A stretch of DNA of 64,000 nucleotides, from positions 24,503 through 88,502 of the forward strand of contig WQTP01000043.1 in the NCBI GenBank assembly GCA_009786195.1, given 5' to 3'. A program made the translations under genes and the position numbers. Below the pieces are notes generated by a model. The model was not told the DNA's origin, ran no database searches, and worked only from the letters and a program-made list of their open reading frames with translations. How positions within the stretch are numbered: position 1 is the first letter of the stretch; each line of letters opens with the position of its first letter. The stretch comes from Candidatus Saccharimonadota bacterium. GTDB taxonomy: Bacteria > Patescibacteriota > Saccharimonadia > Saccharimonadales > Saccharimonadaceae. Positions 8,576 through 17,519 of this stretch are shown piece after piece.

Positions 8576-9331
8576 GTGATTATCATTAAAAACCTCACAA
8601 AAAAATTTGGTTCAAAGGTTGCGGTTGACAATATTTCTGTAGCGATTCCCGAAGGTAGAGTTATTGGTTTTCTTGGCCCAAACGGTGCGGGTAAAACGAC
8701 GACTATGAATATTATCTTGGGATTGGAAAAACCCACAGCTGGTGAGGTAAAAATTGACGGTAAGAATTACACTGAATTAAAAGATCCGCTACGAGTCGTG
8801 GGCGCTATAGTCGGTACGAATTTTCACAAAAATCGTTCTTTACGGGAACATTTGAGATTTTTGACGGTTGTGGCTGGTATTCCACGAAACCGCATTGATG
8901 AAGTTTTAGAATTGACTGGTTTAACTGATGTTGCAAAAAAACCAGTCGGAAAATTTAGTCTCGGTATGACACAGCGTGCAGGTATCGCTGCAGCGATTTT
9001 GGGTGAACCGAAATATCTCATCCTCGACGAGCCAGTCAGCGGTCTTGATCCAGAGGGAATCATTTGTGTACGCGAATTCTGCAAAGCTTACGCAGCGGCT
9101 GGGCACACTGTACTTATTTCGTCGCACTTGATGAGTGAGGTCGAACACACAGTTGACGGGGCGATTATTATTGGTCGTGGCAAGATTATTATGACTGGTA
9201 CGCTAAAAGAAATCTTAAGAAAAACCGAAACAAAAACTCTTGAGGCGGCGTTTATTAAGTTGACCGCCAAGGAGGTAGAATTTAGAGCTGGCGAACTACC
9301 TAAATTTAGCGAAGCTGAAGGGGGAAAATAA
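8576..9331 (+). CDS. ABC transporter ATP-binding protein (ABC-2 type)
   Basis: Walker A is GPNGAGKTT, the signature-like motif is FSLGMTQR and Walker B is LILDEP. It uses a GTG start with GGAGGG 6 nt upstream. Confidence 0.85.
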   Translation: MIIIKNLTKKFGSKVAVDNISVAIPEGRVIGFLGPNGAGKTTTMNIILGLEKPTAGEVKIDGKNYTELKDPLRVVGAIVGTNFHKNRSLREHLRFLTVVAGIPRNRIDEVLELTGLTDVAKKPVGKFSLGMTQRAGIAAAILGEPKYLILDEPVSGLDPEGIICVREFCKAYAAAGHTVLISSHLMSEVEHTVDGAIIIGRGKIIMTGTLKEILRKTETKTLEAAFIKLTAKEVEFRAGELPKFSEAEGGK

Positions 9332-9332
9332 T

Positions 9333-10169
9333 ATGTGGAAACTATTAAAATCTGAATTCATCAAAGCGCGCAGTCTCAGGTCGATTCGGCTTTTGTGTAT
9401 TTTTGGTATCTTGATTTTCGTTGCACTGGCGCTCGTATCAGTACAAAACTTGTTAAATGCGAAGTCACTTTCCGATATCAACACATACCAAGATGTTGCG
9501 CGGTATCATCGAGATACTGTGCAGGTTCTCTGGTCTTCTGTGAATGGTGCAATACCGATTATGTTCCAGATAATCGTTGGGATTTTGGCGGTCCTGCTCG
9601 TGACGAACGAATATGTGTCTGGTACAATTAAGAGTTCTTTGATGGCTACGCCACGTCGTTTTAAATTGTTCGTCGCCAAACTGATTTTCACGCTCGCTTT
9701 GATAGCAACACTAACCTTCGTTCTGCAAATTCTAGCGTTCGTTATTGTCTGGTGCTTTCAGAGTGGTCGAATAACTGAGGTTGGTTTATGGGCATCACTA
9801 ACGCAGGATTTCGCAACTAACTGTCTAGCACCAGTTTTGGCCGTTACACTCAGTAGTGCAATTTGGTTCGGTTTTGCTTGGATTATCAGAAATTCTACTG
9901 GTGCAATTTTATTAGGGATTAGTATGGTTCTAATCCTGACGGCTTTAATCAATATGGTATTTGGTTGGGAGCATGGACCCGAAATTAACAACTGGATGCC
10001 ACAAGGGTTTTTCGACCAGGTTTTTGATCCTAGTAGTTCTAGCGTCTGCTCGATCACGAAGAAAGAAGAGCCGTGCTCCGATTTTTTGCGCGGCGTTATT
10101 GGACTAGGTTCTTATACAATTTTAACATTAGCCGTTAGTGCGTTAATTTTTCAAAAAAGAGATGCTTGA
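9333..10169 (+). CDS. ABC-2 family transporter permease
   Basis: It starts 2 nt after the ATPase stop and has about 6 hydrophobic helices. Confidence 0.7.
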   Translation: MWKLLKSEFIKARSLRSIRLLCIFGILIFVALALVSVQNLLNAKSLSDINTYQDVARYHRDTVQVLWSSVNGAIPIMFQIIVGILAVLLVTNEYVSGTIKSSLMATPRRFKLFVAKLIFTLALIATLTFVLQILAFVIVWCFQSGRITEVGLWASLTQDFATNCLAPVLAVTLSSAIWFGFAWIIRNSTGAILLGISMVLILTALINMVFGWEHGPEINNWMPQGFFDQVFDPSSSSVCSITKKEEPCSDFLRGVIGLGSYTILTLAVSALIFQKRDA

Positions 10170-10171
10170 GA

Positions 10172-11110
10172 TTAAGTACGGATCGTGGTACCAGCGTTGC
10201 CTTCTAGGGCGGCTTGGGCTTGTTCGATTGATGTAATAATTGCAACGTTTTCAGGGCGGAATTGAACAAATTCCATGGCCGCTTGTACTTTGGGTAACAT
10301 TGAGCCAGGTGCAAATTCGCCCGCATCTATGTGTTGTTGTAATTCTGACAACGACACTTCGTTGAGTGGTGTTTCGTGATCGGTATTGTAACCGATGGCC
10401 ACCGCATCGACTGCCGTCAGAATCAACAATATGGATGCGTCGACTATTCGACCCAGCAGAGCCGCGGCAAAATCTTTATCGATTACCGCGTCAACGCCCT
10501 CTAAATCACCGTTGTCGTCAAATACCGGCACTCCGCCGCCGCCGGTCGCGATCACCAACACGCCGCTGTCCGCCAGACCGCGAACGACGCGTTTTTCGAC
10601 GATATTCACCGGTCGCGGACTAGGCACTACCCTTCGCCAACCGCGACCAGCATCTTCTTTGACCGTCCAGCCACGCTCGGTGGCCAATTTTTGCGCTGTC
10701 GCTTCGTCATAGAACGGGCCGATCGGTTTACTGGGGTCCAAGAACGCCGGGTCGTCACGGTTAACTACTGTTTGCGTAACGACCGTCGCGACGTCTTTGT
10801 CGATATTTCGAGCGCGCAGTTCATCACCAATCGCCTGTTGCAGCCAATAGCCAATTTGGCCCTGACTCATGGCGCCGTCGGTTTCCAGCGGCATGCTTGG
10901 CGCCGCGGCAGTTGCGCAATTTTCTTCGTGGAGCAAAATCGCACCGACCTGTGGTCCGTTACCATGACCGATTATCAGATCATGTCCAGCCTCAACCAAA
11001 CTAATCAACCTTTTCGCCGTCAGACTGGCAACTTTCTTTTGTTCTTCAGCCGTTGCCGCACCATCAATCTGGAGCGCGTTACCACCAAGAGCGATTACGA
11101 TTCTGCTCAC
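10172..11110 (-). CDS. arcC: Carbamate kinase
   Basis: RIVIALGGNAL..., GHGNGPQVG and a C-terminal GSMLPKV-type motif are present. I trim the ORF to GTG 11110 because the longer ORF would overlap the arcD stop. The segment is visibly GC-richer than the rest of the window. Confidence 0.88.
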   Translation of the reverse strand: MSRIVIALGGNALQIDGAATAEEQKKVASLTAKRLISLVEAGHDLIIGHGNGPQVGAILLHEENCATAAAPSMPLETDGAMSQGQIGYWLQQAIGDELRARNIDKDVATVVTQTVVNRDDPAFLDPSKPIGPFYDEATAQKLATERGWTVKEDAGRGWRRVVPSPRPVNIVEKRVVRGLADSGVLVIATGGGGVPVFDDNGDLEGVDAVIDKDFAAALLGRIVDASILLILTAVDAVAIGYNTDHETPLNEVSLSELQQHIDAGEFAPGSMLPKVQAAMEFVQFRPENVAIITSIEQAQAALEGNAGTTIRT

Positions 11111-11136
11111 TTGCTCGCCTTTATCCTTTCTAAATT

Positions 11137-12612
11137 TTAACCAACTAGCGTGGCGTAGCCACCCGTGGCCATCCAATACACGCCGTAAATCGCAATCGCA
11201 ATCAGCGCCACGGCTATAACACCCTCCCAAGTCTTGAATATGGTCTTAGAACCGTGATCCTTGCGTGCCCAGATATAAATAGGTAGGCCAACCGCATATA
11301 AAATTACCATGGTGAGGAGGTACTCCAAACCGCCCGCGTACAGTAGCCAGGCCGCATAGATTACCGCAACTAGGCCGACCGTAATGTTCCATCCGCGTCC
11401 AGCCGTGCCACGTTTTTCTTTCCACGATTCTTTGAGCTGAAACAGTGCAGAAAACAGATACGGTAGCAAGATCATCGACGCACACAAACTAAACATCAAA
11501 TTATACGGTCGATCGCTGATAAGGAACGAAAACACGAAAACTTGCGTCACGATAGTTGTGACCAGTAGTGACAGCCACGGCACGCCCTTTTTGCTTTCTT
11601 TGGCAAAAACTTTCGGGAATACGCTCCGCTTGGCCGCGCGATACGGTAGCTCCAGCGCGAACAATGTCCAAGCCAGCCACGCTCCGACCACCGACACAAT
11701 CACACCAATATTGATTAACACCGCGCCCCATTTACCAACGATAGATTCCAGCAAACCGCCCATCGCCGGTTCTGACAGATTCACCATGTCGCCAGATGTC
11801 ATTGCGCCAAACGACAGCACCGTGATCAAAACATACAGCGCCAACACCGTTACGAAACCAAGCGCCGTCGCTTTGCCGACATTTTTACTCTGGTCGGCGC
11901 GCCCACTTAGCACCACTGCGCCCTCGATGCCAATGAACACAAACACCGTTGCGAGCATCGTGCCCTTGACTTGATTTAGTAGTTCGCTCCATTGAACCGC
12001 ACCGTTTTTCATAGCTTCGCCCCACAGGTCGCCGCGGAAAATATTGAGTTTAAAAGCCGCGATCAGTGCAATAACAAAGATAACCAAAGGTACAAACTTC
12101 GCAACTGTCACGATAATATTCATGAAACTGGCGTTTTTGATACCGCTCATAATCAGCGCTGCAACCAGCCACAATCCGACGGAAGCGCCGATAACTGCCG
12201 CTAAGTTATATCCGTCACCGAATATGCTGAAAAAGTATCCCAGCGCGCTAAACGTCATGGTCGCATAAGCCACATTACCAATCCACGCCGAAATCCAGTA
12301 CCCCCACGCGCTGTTAAAACCCATGAATTTGCCAAAACCAGCTTCGGCATAACTATAAACTCCCGCCTCCAACTCTGGTCGTTTTTTGTTCAAATTGTAA
12401 AAACTGTACGCCAACGCGCCCATGCCGATACCAGCAATTACCCACGCGATGATAACAGCCATGATGCTAGAATCGATCGCCATCTCTTTCATTAAATTGA
12501 AAATGCCACTGCCGATAACACTACCCATCACCAGCGCCGATAGTGACAACAGCCCTAGGCGCGGCATTTTGAGCCGACCCCTAGCCCGTTTTATTATATT
12601 TTTTGTTGCCAT
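11137..12612 (-). CDS. arcD: Arginine/ornithine antiporter (APC superfamily)
   Basis: The protein is a 12-13 TM permease with LSALVMGSVIGSGIFNL and sits inside the arc operon. The start is set to ATG 12612 (MATKNI...), which is preceded by AAAGGGGTAAGG. The ORF track extends to 12669. Confidence 0.8.
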   Translation of the reverse strand: MATKNIIKRARGRLKMPRLGLLSLSALVMGSVIGSGIFNLMKEMAIDSSIMAVIIAWVIAGIGMGALAYSFYNLNKKRPELEAGVYSYAEAGFGKFMGFNSAWGYWISAWIGNVAYATMTFSALGYFFSIFGDGYNLAAVIGASVGLWLVAALIMSGIKNASFMNIIVTVAKFVPLVIFVIALIAAFKLNIFRGDLWGEAMKNGAVQWSELLNQVKGTMLATVFVFIGIEGAVVLSGRADQSKNVGKATALGFVTVLALYVLITVLSFGAMTSGDMVNLSEPAMGGLLESIVGKWGAVLINIGVIVSVVGAWLAWTLFALELPYRAAKRSVFPKVFAKESKKGVPWLSLLVTTIVTQVFVFSFLISDRPYNLMFSLCASMILLPYLFSALFQLKESWKEKRGTAGRGWNITVGLVAVIYAAWLLYAGGLEYLLTMVILYAVGLPIYIWARKDHGSKTIFKTWEGVIAVALIAIAIYGVYWMATGGYATLVG

Positions 12613-12702
12613 CCTTACCCCTTTCTTATAGTAAATTGTTTTTACCGATTGTTGTTTTTTTGACATCATTATGATCTGTTGTCTAGCGCCTCCCTTATAA
12701 AA

Positions 12703-13689
12703 TTATAACGTTAAAGCCATCAAGGCCTTGATCGTGTGCAAACGATTTTCTGACTGGTCGAAAACGATGCTGTGAGGGCTGCGGAAAACTTCGTCGGTCA
12801 CTTCCATTTCGCCAAGTCCGAACTTTTCGTAAACTTCGCGCCCAATGACTGTGTTTTGATCATGGAAGGCCGGTAGGCAGTGCAAAAATTTAACATTCGG
12901 ATTGTGCGTCGCCCGAACCACGTCCATGTTGACCTGGTAGTTACGCAGTTTTTCGATTCGATCGGCCATTTGATCTTCTTGGCCCATTGACATCCAAACG
13001 TCAGTGTAAAGGACGTCCGCTCCATCGACCGCCGCCATTAGATCACTGGTGATATTAATCGAACCACCACTGTTCTCGGCGAGTTGTTTGGCTTTTTCAA
13101 TCAATTCGGCCGGTGGCTGCAAAGAATCTGGGGTAGCTATCACATAATGTACACCCATTTTTGCCGCCCCGATCATCAGACTATTCGACACATTGTCGCT
13201 GCCGTCGCCAACAAACACCAGTTTCGACCCCTTTAATTTGCCCGTGTGTTCAATAATTGTCAGAAAGTCCGCCAGCACTTGCGTCGGATGAAATTCGTCA
13301 GTTAGACCATTCCAAACCGGTACGCCGGAGAATTCCGCTAGATCCTTGACTGTTTGATGGGCAAAACCGCGGAACTCAATACCGTCAAACATGCGCCCCA
13401 GAACTCGCGCTGTGTCTTCGGTCGATTCTTTCTTGCCGAATTGTGTTTCTCCCTGCCCCAGATACACCGCGTTAATGCCTAGGTCCGCAGCCGCCACTTC
13501 AAAAGCGCAACGCGTGCGCGTCGAGGTTTTTTCAAATAGTAGCGCAATTGATTTACCCTTGTGAGTTGCGTGCGGGATGTGGGCCTGTTTCGTGCGCTTC
13601 AGATCAGCCGCCGTATCTAATAATAACTGAATTTCCTCTGGCGAATAATCCATCAATGTCAAGAACGATCGTCCGCGCAGATCGCTCAT
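12703..13689 (-). CDS. arcB: Ornithine carbamoyltransferase (catabolic)
   Basis: The motifs FEKTSTRTRCAFE, HPTQ and HCLP are present. ATG 13689 overlaps the arcA TGA (ATGA). Confidence 0.92.
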   Translation of the reverse strand: MSDLRGRSFLTLMDYSPEEIQLLLDTAADLKRTKQAHIPHATHKGKSIALLFEKTSTRTRCAFEVAAADLGINAVYLGQGETQFGKKESTEDTARVLGRMFDGIEFRGFAHQTVKDLAEFSGVPVWNGLTDEFHPTQVLADFLTIIEHTGKLKGSKLVFVGDGSDNVSNSLMIGAAKMGVHYVIATPDSLQPPAELIEKAKQLAENSGGSINITSDLMAAVDGADVLYTDVWMSMGQEDQMADRIEKLRNYQVNMDVVRATHNPNVKFLHCLPAFHDQNTVIGREVYEKFGLGEMEVTDEVFRSPHSIVFDQSENRLHTIKALMALTL

Positions 13690-14945
13690 ATTTCCTCCCT
13701 GACTAGTGGCATGCTCATGCATCGTGGTCCGCCGCGTCCGCGTCCCAATTCGGCGCCGGGAATTTCTAGAACTTCCAGTCCATGTTCGCGCATGAGTTGG
13801 TTCGATACGTAGTTGCGGTCATATGTCACCACCACCCCAGGTGCGATCGCTAGGGTGTTGCTGCCATCGTTCCACTGCTCACGCTCGCTGGCAATCTGGT
13901 CACCACCGCCGGTTGGTATTAAATCAATATCATCGCGACCCATCACTTCGCGGATGACATCCATCAGATTTTCACGATACTCAATATTTATTTCACCATC
14001 GTCACGTCGCGAAAGAACAAAAATGTTCATTTCACCCAGTTTATCCATGATACTCGGAAAGATAGTAAATTTATTATAATCAACCACAGTAAGAACTGTA
14101 TCAAGGTGCATCAGTGCGTGACTTTTCGGAATTTCCAGCGCTACGACGCGTTTGAAATCGCTCTCGGCCAGTAGTTTTGTCGCCATCTGTTCGATCGCGC
14201 CCGGTTGCGTTCGCTGACTAAGGCCAATTGTTACGGTTTCTCGATTCCATACTTGTTCATCACCACCCTCAATCGACCACCTCTGATCGCGATCGTACCA
14301 AATCGGCACATCCTGATCCTTGAAACGCGGGTGATGTTCCAAAATGTATTTCATGAACAAACTCTCGCGCCGCCGCGCTGGAAAATGCATGTGATTGATC
14401 GTCATGCCATGACCAATTGCTGCTGCATAATCGCGCGAAAAATACAGATTCGGCATCGGATCTAGATAAAATGGATAGCCACTTTCACAAAATTTTTCGC
14501 CGCCACATTCCACCATGGCCTCTAAACTGGTCGAATTTTCGAAAGCGATTTTGATATCTTTTTTACGCACACCAGCCATAATTTGGCGCACCATCGAGTG
14601 CGTGTCCATCGACAACAAATAATCCCTTAGCGCCGAACTAACTCGTCTATCAGACTGTTTCGAACTGCGTAACATATCATCCACGAAATGTTCACGCACA
14701 GATTCGTCGGCCAGTGCTTCCGCAGTTAACGCATCATAATATAACACTTCAGCACCACGTTCTTTTAATAAATTTGCGAAACGATCATGTTCTTCTTGTG
14801 CCACTTTCAGATACGGAATATCGTCAAACAACAACTCCTGCAGGGTGTCTGGCGTCAAATTTTCCAACTCAGCACCCGGGCGACACAGTAGTACTGCCCG
14901 TAACTTGCCGATCTCACTCATCACGTTTATTGGTCTTTGTTCCAT
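13686..14945 (-). CDS. arcA: Arginine deiminase
   Basis: It is 419 aa, matches the ADI family throughout and ends in the C-terminal GGPRCMSMPL catalytic Cys motif. A strong SD, GGGGAGGGGG, lies upstream. Confidence 0.92.
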   Translation of the reverse strand: MEQRPINVMSEIGKLRAVLLCRPGAELENLTPDTLQELLFDDIPYLKVAQEEHDRFANLLKERGAEVLYYDALTAEALADESVREHFVDDMLRSSKQSDRRVSSALRDYLLSMDTHSMVRQIMAGVRKKDIKIAFENSTSLEAMVECGGEKFCESGYPFYLDPMPNLYFSRDYAAAIGHGMTINHMHFPARRRESLFMKYILEHHPRFKDQDVPIWYDRDQRWSIEGGDEQVWNRETVTIGLSQRTQPGAIEQMATKLLAESDFKRVVALEIPKSHALMHLDTVLTVVDYNKFTIFPSIMDKLGEMNIFVLSRRDDGEINIEYRENLMDVIREVMGRDDIDLIPTGGGDQIASEREQWNDGSNTLAIAPGVVVTYDRNYVSNQLMREHGLEVLEIPGAELGRGRGGPRCMSMPLVREEI

Positions 14946-15130
14946 TCTACCCCCTCCCCACTTGAGAATGTGTTAATGGTTATACTTATATTGTATAGCA
15001 AATAGGGAAAAAAGCAATAGTGAGTGATTTTTTCGAAATTTCAAAGAGATTATGTTTATTTTCCACAGTTTTTTAACAGTTTGAGTATGATAATCAGTCG
15101 TATTGTTTCAGTGTGTTTTCTCTCTGTTAT

Positions 15131-15160
15131 TCCACACTTTTCCAAAGTTTTCCACGGATT
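15131..15160 (+). promoter_or_regulatory. Three tandem 10-bp direct repeats (TCCACACTTT / TCCAAAGTTT / TCCACGGATT)
   Basis: Read directly. The helical-turn phasing is typical of direct-repeat binding by a regulator. A further copy, TCCACAGTTT, lies at 15062-15071. Confidence 0.4.
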
Positions 15161-15180
15161 TTTTGGACCATAATGACGAG

Positions 15181-15204
15181 ATTTATATCACTTATGATAT
15201 AAAT
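15181..15204. promoter_or_regulatory. Perfect 10-bp inverted repeat ATTTATATCA-N4-TGATATAAAT (candidate operator)
   Basis: Exact reverse complement, read directly. It lies 17 bp upstream of the -35 of the 15222 promoter and about 240 bp upstream of arcA. Confidence 0.45.
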
Positions 15205-15221
15205 TCACGTGAAACCTATCA

Positions 15222-15250
15222 TTGACACATTTGACAAGATTTGCTATAAT
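15222..15250 (+). promoter_or_regulatory. Consensus sigma-70 promoter (TTGACA - 17 nt - TATAAT)
   Basis: TTGACA at 15222-15227 and TATAAT at 15245-15250 are separated by exactly 17 nt. No annotated gene lies downstream on this strand. Confidence 0.7.
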
Positions 15251-15256
15251 GTTAAA

Positions 15257-15442
15257 CGCAATGAACAGAAGTTCAAGCAACAGAGGTCAAATGACTTCTA
15301 AGTTGTCCCAGTTCCACATTTACTACGAAAGTATCTAAGGAACGGTACAAAAACTAAATAGACCCTAACAGGCTAGAAGTTTACCCCACCCCACCGATTC
15401 GAAAGAATTAAAGAGGTGGGTTTTTAGAAAACATGGGGTAAA
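15257..15442 (+). ncRNA. Candidate orphan small RNA (or near-leaderless 25-codon micro-ORF transcript)
   Basis: It is bounded by the consensus promoter and by a hairpin plus T5. Internal alternative pairings are AGAAGT (15276-15281) / ACTTCT (15294-15299) versus ACTTCTA / TAGAAGT (15374-15380). An outer helix, TTTACCCCA (15380-15388) / TGGGGTAAA (15434-15442), encloses the terminator stem. I recognise no Rfam family. Confidence 0.35.
15389..15425 (+). terminator. Rho-independent terminator-like hairpin
   Basis: The stem CCCACC (15390-15395) / GGTGGG (15415-15420) contains an internal ATTC-GAAA-GAAT mini-hairpin and is followed by TTTTT (15421-15425). Confidence 0.55.
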
Positions 15443-15487
15443 ATTGAGTATCTTGTCATTTTTTCTTTATTGAAGGTATTTATTTAA

Positions 15488-17128
15488 TTATTTCTTTATC
15501 GCTTTTTCAGTTACATCAAACTTTTCTATGTATTTACCGAGCAAGAGGCGAAACTGGGCAGTGTAAGCGCTGGCGCTACTGTACGCGATAGCGTTAATCG
15601 GCATCAGAATCCACTGTAGAATCATCATAATTCCCTTTGATTTTTTATAGCGCTTGGGACGCGGTGGTAACATGGTGACGCTCACACAGACCGTAACCAT
15701 CAGACCGATAATAGCGATCTGTTGAATTTGCGCTACTACTAGGGGTAGATCATTAGCAATAATTGTACGATGAGCTGCTTCTGAATTAAGATAGAGTGGC
15801 ACCCATGCTCCGATAGCTACGATTGGAGCAATACACGCTTGTGTTAGGTGAGCTTCTAGTAATCGGAAGAAACGCGACCAACCAGTGAAAAAACCAACTT
15901 TTCTGTCTTTTTTTAGCAAATTATTTGCTACATAGGCTATATCGCTCGCACCATAGGCCCAGCGTCTTAGTTGGACAAATTGCGCTTTAAGGGTTTTACG
16001 ATAAGTCTTGGACAATACCGCATCCTGACCAACGCCAATGCGCAGTGGTATGACTTCGTAATCACCATCTAGATAGAAAAAAGATCGCCAATATTGATGC
16101 CCGTCCTCGACAATAGTGCGCGTTGACCAAAAGTTCATGCCGATCAATACTGACAGACCTTGCGCATGTGAAGCAAAATTTCTGAGCATATGTGGACGCA
16201 TTGTACTAATCATGTTCCAGAACGAGTTTGATACAGCGATTACCCGCATTGGTGCTGGTGCATCCCAAATATTATTGGTGAATAGAGCAATCGGTTGGAA
16301 AGCTACACGTTGACGGTTTGGTGTCATAATCCACTCATACGTTAAGTACGAAAAATACTTCGCGTGTGGTCGATTATCACAATCTAGTGTTGTAATAATT
16401 ACATCATCAGGATTGATTTTTTTATTCTTAATATATTCCGCAAAGTGCCGACCAGCAAAAGTAATGTTGGATCCCTTACCGATCACTTCGTCTGGTATAT
16501 TATCAGGATGCTCAATAGTTAAGAGATCAGCAAATTTGCCTTCGTAGTCCTTTCTAACAGAGGCCACGGTCTGCTTAGCCGCCTCTCCGCCACGCTGCTC
16601 ATAAGCGATTACTACGAACAAACGTTTCGGATCATAGTCACTCTCATAGAGCGTTGCTAGCGTCGAACCGAGGATATCATAACTTTCATTATAGAGCGCA
16701 ATAATCACGCCATGGTAAATCTGGCTAGGACGAGGAAATTCGTTTTTAGTTTCACACAAATGTTGTAAATTTAACACGTGCTGATGCAAACCAAATCTGC
16801 GCGAGTGTAAATCTTTCTGTCGTTTTTCGATAAATTTGGTTGGATTTTCTAATTCAGTTAACCATTTTGACCAATCAATTTTTTCAGTTTTTCTTAATAT
16901 TACTCTGCCCTGGATGGTGCGAAAAGCGATGCCAACTGCCCGCACGAACATAAATAATACTATGGTCAGCACGTAAACTGATGCCCAAATCGGGACTAGG
17001 ATGCTGAGGACTATTAGAATCACGATAGCACCGATTGATAATGCCCCAGGTAAAATTTCAAAAAAACGATATCTGCGCGTGCGTTTGCCGTTACGCTTTT
17101 TGAACAGAGGTATTTCAATGTCAGTCAT
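15488..17128 (-). CDS. Processive family-2 glycosyltransferase (cellulose/chitin/hyaluronan-synthase-like), multi-TM
   Basis: TTLDCDNRPH (the D,D,D context) and QLRRWAYG (the QxxRW motif) are present, flanked by N- and C-terminal TM helices. The start is set to ATG 17128, which overlaps the upstream stop (TAATG). Confidence 0.75.
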   Translation of the reverse strand: MTDIEIPLFKKRNGKRTRRYRFFEILPGALSIGAIVILIVLSILVPIWASVYVLTIVLFMFVRAVGIAFRTIQGRVILRKTEKIDWSKWLTELENPTKFIEKRQKDLHSRRFGLHQHVLNLQHLCETKNEFPRPSQIYHGVIIALYNESYDILGSTLATLYESDYDPKRLFVVIAYEQRGGEAAKQTVASVRKDYEGKFADLLTIEHPDNIPDEVIGKGSNITFAGRHFAEYIKNKKINPDDVIITTLDCDNRPHAKYFSYLTYEWIMTPNRQRVAFQPIALFTNNIWDAPAPMRVIAVSNSFWNMISTMRPHMLRNFASHAQGLSVLIGMNFWSTRTIVEDGHQYWRSFFYLDGDYEVIPLRIGVGQDAVLSKTYRKTLKAQFVQLRRWAYGASDIAYVANNLLKKDRKVGFFTGWSRFFRLLEAHLTQACIAPIVAIGAWVPLYLNSEAAHRTIIANDLPLVVAQIQQIAIIGLMVTVCVSVTMLPPRPKRYKKSKGIMMILQWILMPINAIAYSSASAYTAQFRLLLGKYIEKFDVTEKAIKK

Positions 17129-17499
17129 TACTGAATTCCTGCAATTTTGAGAATAGCCGCCATCAAAACCGTCGCGATGAACAAAATTACTATTGTTACC
17201 CACAAGAAGCTAAGTGCTAATTGGCGACCCTTGATATCTAAAATCTTTAAACTAATCAAACCATTAAGGAAAAATACCATAACACCAAAAATTATAAAAT
17301 TAAACAGGTAGAACCACTGGTCGCGGAAATATTTTTCAATCGAAAATGCATCAAAACGTATTGGAATTTGTAGTTGCCTAGAATATACGTTCATTGATAT
17401 CAAGATTACTAATACGACAACCTGAACTAGCATTAACACCCAGAGTGCAACGAAGGTGCGGCTCTTGGCGGCTTCTCGAAGGGTATTCTTGATTTTCAT
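17128..17499 (-). CDS. Small integral membrane protein (3-4 TM), function unknown, translationally coupled to the GT2 synthase
   Basis: The protein is a hydrophobic 123 aa. Its stop shares one base with the GT2 ATG. Confidence 0.55.
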   Translation of the reverse strand: MKIKNTLREAAKSRTFVALWVLMLVQVVVLVILISMNVYSRQLQIPIRFDAFSIEKYFRDQWFYLFNFIIFGVMVFFLNGLISLKILDIKGRQLALSFLWVTIVILFIATVLMAAILKIAGIQ

Positions 17500-17519
17500 A
17501 CTGCACTTTACTTTCTTTG

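Noticed and set aside
10366-11140. Three plus-strand ORFs (85, 105 and 149 aa) inside arcC
   Set aside because: They are antisense to carbamate kinase in the GC-richest part of the window, where stop codons are rare by composition. The translations are Arg/Pro/Ser-rich with no recognisable domain.
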